Assembly (NCBI GenBank): GCA_963762145.1
Contig: CAVXJS010000015.1
Span: 160,001 to 224,000 of the forward strand
Source: an uncultured Candidatus Rokubacteria bacterium
GTDB taxonomy: Bacteria > Methylomirabilota > Methylomirabilia > Rokubacteriales > CSP1-6
Direction of reading: 5' to 3'
Length of the DNA: 64,000 bases
A program made the position numbers and the translations under genes. Positions 60,653 through 64,000 of this stretch are shown piece by piece. Each line of letters opens with the position of its first letter. The first letter of the stretch is position 1. The notes beneath the pieces are model-generated. The model made no database searches. It worked only from the letters and a program-made list of their open reading frames with translations, and was not told where the DNA came from.

Positions 60653-60668
60653 TGGCACACCTTTCGCT
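60653..60668 (+). promoter_or_regulatory. Possible sigma54 promoter
   Basis: TGGCACACCTTTCGCT with GG-N10-GC spacing. Confidence 0.45.
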
Positions 60669-60808
60669 CTGCCGGACGTGGGTACCAGAGTTGCCATGAG
60701 TCACGACTGGACACCAAGACAGGGAGGACAGCTGGAAAGTCAGCTTGCCGCGCCTCGCGGTTCAGGCTCGATTGGCCCGCCCCTGAGCACCACCGTGCGT
60801 CCCCGAGC

Positions 60809-62218
60809 TTGGCCAGGAAACTCCGGGCGCTCAAGATTACGGTGCTCTTGGCAATTCTCCAGACCGCTCTGGTCGCCGGCCTCTGGTGGCTGAGTGAGGA
60901 GTGGCTGACGCCGAGGATGCCCACCAGCATCGAGCACGTCGCAGATCTCTACGCCGCGGCCGCCGGCCGATTCATGGTCGCGACCGACCAGAGAGCCCTC
61001 GACATTCTCGTCAAACAGGGCGCGGCATGGCCGATGATCACATCCGTCGGCGTCGAGGACGCTCGCGGAACCGTGCTCGCCCACACCGATCCGGCACGGG
61101 TCGGTCGCATCGGGAACGAGGCGACGACGAGCGGGCTCGCGTCAACTCCGGGCGGCCCGCTTCGCGAGATCACGGTGCTCATCCTGAACCCCGATCAGAA
61201 GATCGGCCCGCCGGTCGGCCGGATTCGCCTTGGCTATCGCACCCTCGCTGAGGGGACGATCGTACCCAGCACGCTTGCTCAGGGGTCCGTGGTGTTGTTT
61301 CTCGTGGCCACCGTGGTCGCCACCATTCCCCTCGGCTGGCTGGTCATCGGACTCGCCAAGCCGCTTGGGCGTCGGCCCGAGGCATCGGGCTCGCCGCTCG
61401 AGACACTGGCCCGGGTCGCGTGGACCAATCAGGGACAGGCCGCGACCGAGGTGCGGAACTTGAAGGTCGTGCTGGCCGAGCGAGACGCTCAGATCGCACG
61501 ACTCACGGAGGCCGTGGAGCACACGGCTCGGTCGAGATCGACCGACCCTTCCCATCAGCGTGCCATCCTTTCCGTCACGCAGGCGGTCCGGACCTCCCTC
61601 AGCAACATCCTCGGCTTCTCGAAGCTACTCTTGCGAGAGCTCGACGGCAGGTTGACCGAGGCGCAAACCGCGGATGTGCGGAACATCCAGCGGGCGGGCG
61701 CCGAGCTGCTCTCCTTCGTCACCGCGATATCCGAGCTCAACCGGGCCGCAGCAGGACAGATCCTCATCCAACCCGAGGCGATGGACGTCCAGACCCTACT
61801 GGACGAGCTCGCCGCGGAGTATGGATCGGCCCACTCGCTGGACATCAAGGTGGAGTGTCCGACCGGGTTGCCGATGGTGAGGACGGACCGAGGCCACCTG
61901 GGGCAGATCCTTCACACATTGATCATGCAGGCGACGCTGCCGAACGGGAATCACGGCGAGGTCGTGCTGCGGGCGCGGCCGAACGGCGAGATGGTCAGCA
62001 TCTCCGTCGCCCATCCGGGCCGGATCGTTTCTGACGATGACCTGGCGACGATGTTCGACCCGCACAGTTCGAGGGAACCGAACACCGGACGCATCGGCCT
62101 GACCCTGGCTCGGTCACTCGCCATCCTCAACGCGGGTAGCCTCGCAGTCGAAAGCGAGCCGGACATCGGTGTTGTCTTCACACTCACAGTCCCCACGGAA
62201 CCCGCGCACGCCGAGTAG
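60809..62218 (+). CDS. Degenerate membrane sensor histidine kinase (pseudokinase); start uncertain
   Basis: Two TM segments around a sensor domain; HisKA-like TQAVRTSLSNILGFS lacking His; degenerate HATPase ending VESEPDIGVVFTLTVP. Confidence 0.72.
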   Translation: MARKLRALKITVLLAILQTALVAGLWWLSEEWLTPRMPTSIEHVADLYAAAAGRFMVATDQRALDILVKQGAAWPMITSVGVEDARGTVLAHTDPARVGRIGNEATTSGLASTPGGPLREITVLILNPDQKIGPPVGRIRLGYRTLAEGTIVPSTLAQGSVVLFLVATVVATIPLGWLVIGLAKPLGRRPEASGSPLETLARVAWTNQGQAATEVRNLKVVLAERDAQIARLTEAVEHTARSRSTDPSHQRAILSVTQAVRTSLSNILGFSKLLLRELDGRLTEAQTADVRNIQRAGAELLSFVTAISELNRAAAGQILIQPEAMDVQTLLDELAAEYGSAHSLDIKVECPTGLPMVRTDRGHLGQILHTLIMQATLPNGNHGEVVLRARPNGEMVSISVAHPGRIVSDDDLATMFDPHSSREPNTGRIGLTLARSLAILNAGSLAVESEPDIGVVFTLTVPTEPAHAE

Positions 62219-62253
62219 CCTGATCGGCCACGGGCAAGGGAAGAGGGAGCATC

Positions 62254-63712
62254 ATGGAAGACACGCTTCTCTACATTGACTCGGAGCCGGCAACGCGGCT
62301 GCTCGTTCGCCGGGTGCTGGGCTCGGCCGGATTCCGCGTACTCGAGGCGGAGAGCCTTGACTCCGGCCGCGAGCTTGCTGAGCACTCGCGGCCGGAGATT
62401 GTCTTGCTGGACGTCGACGACGCTACGGCGCCGGCCGGTCTTCTGCCGACCTTCCGGAAATCGCCCGGCATGGAGCGGTCGGTCTTCCTGGCTTCCACCG
62501 CCGACGACCGGCCGGCCCGCACCGAGGATCTGGTCGCCTGCGGGTTCCAGGGGGTTCTGGTCAAGCCACTCGACATCGATACCCTGGCGAACGAGCTCAA
62601 GCCCTATCTCAGCCGAGAGCCGCCCTGGCCCAACCCGCCAAGCCGATCCACACCGTCCCGACGTCCCGCCTCGGCATCCGGTCGCGCTGGCGGATCGACT
62701 TCGGCCCGATCATGGAGCGGCTCGTTCGCAGCGTTGACGCAGCCGACGGCGTGCTGACCCTTCTCGACGAGGAGCGGACGACGCTGATCGCCGTCGCCAC
62801 TTCCTCGCTCCGGGGCCCGGTCGACGGCTCACGAGTCGGCGTCAGGTTGCCGGTCACTACCCTGGAGTGGATCCGTCCCTCGCTCAGGACTGCCGATCCC
62901 ACGCTGCTCAACGCGGACACGGTGAGGCCGTCGGGTCTCCTCCCTGACGAGAGCACGGTTGCCCTCGTCGTGCCCGTCGCGAAGGACGGCGAGGTATACG
63001 GGCTGGTCATCCTGAGCGAGCGGCGTCGTGGCCGGTTCCTCTTCCCCCCGCCCAGGTGGCGGAGAGTATCGCCGAAACGGCTCGGATCGGCTCGATCCTG
63101 GCGGAATCGGATCGGCTGGACGAGGCCCTGGATCTGAAGCGTCACGAGATACAACGCTTCCGGCTTGCCGCGGGCCGGACCGTCGCGCTCGCCGGGCACG
63201 CCGCGGGCGCGGCGAGCGGAGAGCGGGAGACCGCCATCCGGTTGAGCTTGAGGCTGGCGGAGCAGCTCAAGCTCCCGCTGACCGAAGCGGTCCTCCTACA
63301 TCAGGCCGTGGAAGCGCACGATCTCGGGCGGACGTGGATTGCGCACGCCCTTCTCCCCCACGCTGGCCTCACGCCCGCCGCTGCTCAGAACCTGCTCGAG
63401 GGACATGGGGACCATACGACCGCGATCCTGAGCGCGCTGGAGTGGCCACAAGCGGTCCTCGACCTGGTCCGGGCGCATCGGGCATGGTGGAGCGGCGAAG
63501 ATCAGCCTGACGGTCCTAGCGGCCGCGACATTCCCCTGGCCGCCCGCATCATGGCGGTCACCACGGCCTACGAGACCTTGACCACCTGCCCCGGCCCTCA
63601 CCGGGGAGCGCTACGCAGTCGCGAGGCGATCGCGGAGCTGACCCGCGAGTCGGGACGGCGTTTCGATCCAGATGTGGTCGCGGCTCTCGCCGCGGTGCTC
63701 GAGGAGAGCTGA
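62254..63712 (+). CDS. REC-GAF-degenerate HD-GYP protein; apparent frameshifts near 62630-62700 and 63050
   Basis: REC IDSE...PEIVLLD...KP; GAF ALVVPVAKDGEVYGLVIL; HDLG, IPLAARIMAV, SGRRFDPDVV. Confidence 0.72.
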
Positions 63713-63936
63713 GCCGCGAACAGACCAGGCGGCGGTGGAGGGCCGGGCCTGACCGTGCTGGGACCCACTCACCAGTGTGAGGAGTCGGGCAAGACTCCCC
63801 TCCGACGAGCTCACGGGCCCGGCGATCGGCCGCTGGGGTGGCAGACGAAGACCTAGACCTCTGGGCCACTGGCCCACGTAGGGCGGGTCGACTACGATAG
63901 CCGCGCCATGCTCTCCCGTGCCCAGGAAGCTCGCGT

Positions 63937-64000
63937 ATGACCCTTCCGCCGGGATCGGATTGGAGCAACCTCGACTGGCTGACCGCCCTTCGCGCGGACA
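63937..64000 (+). CDS. 5' fragment of a gene running off the window
   Basis: ATG-initiated open frame MTLPPGSDWSNLDWLTALRAD. Confidence 0.3.
   Translation, partial: MTLPPGSDWSNLDWLTALRAD

Overview
A very GC-rich, gene-dense bacterial window. The gene content (many Tat-signal solute-binding proteins, TRAP systems, GC-rich palindromes) resembles Candidatus Rokubacteria/Methylomirabilota; that placement is an inference. Bases 1-32 kb form a solute-uptake region: a molybdopterin oxidoreductase (partial), a Tat dienelactone hydrolase, a Dpp-type ABC set, three CUT1 sugar ABC sets sharing one ATPase, two TRAP systems with three DctP, kdsB and two MFS transporters. Bases 32-49 kb carry tartrate dehydrogenase, a SixA-methyltransferase fusion, a cytochrome c, a hybrid kinase, FAH and an extradiol dioxygenase, ApgM, M23, rhomboid, a Kef/CpaA-type antiporter, a DHH phosphoesterase and MgtE. 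Bases 49-64 kb hold several genes with sigma54-like promoters: a GH-A/GT2 fusion + ABC exporter + GT-like + PmtA cluster (best candidate for an undescribed glycan system), an orphan Wza-like gene, and a degenerate kinase/REC-GAF-HD-GYP module. Clustered single-base frameshifts are most likely long-read errors. I saw no rRNA, tRNA, CRISPR array or transposase. All calls come from reading motifs; no searches were run.
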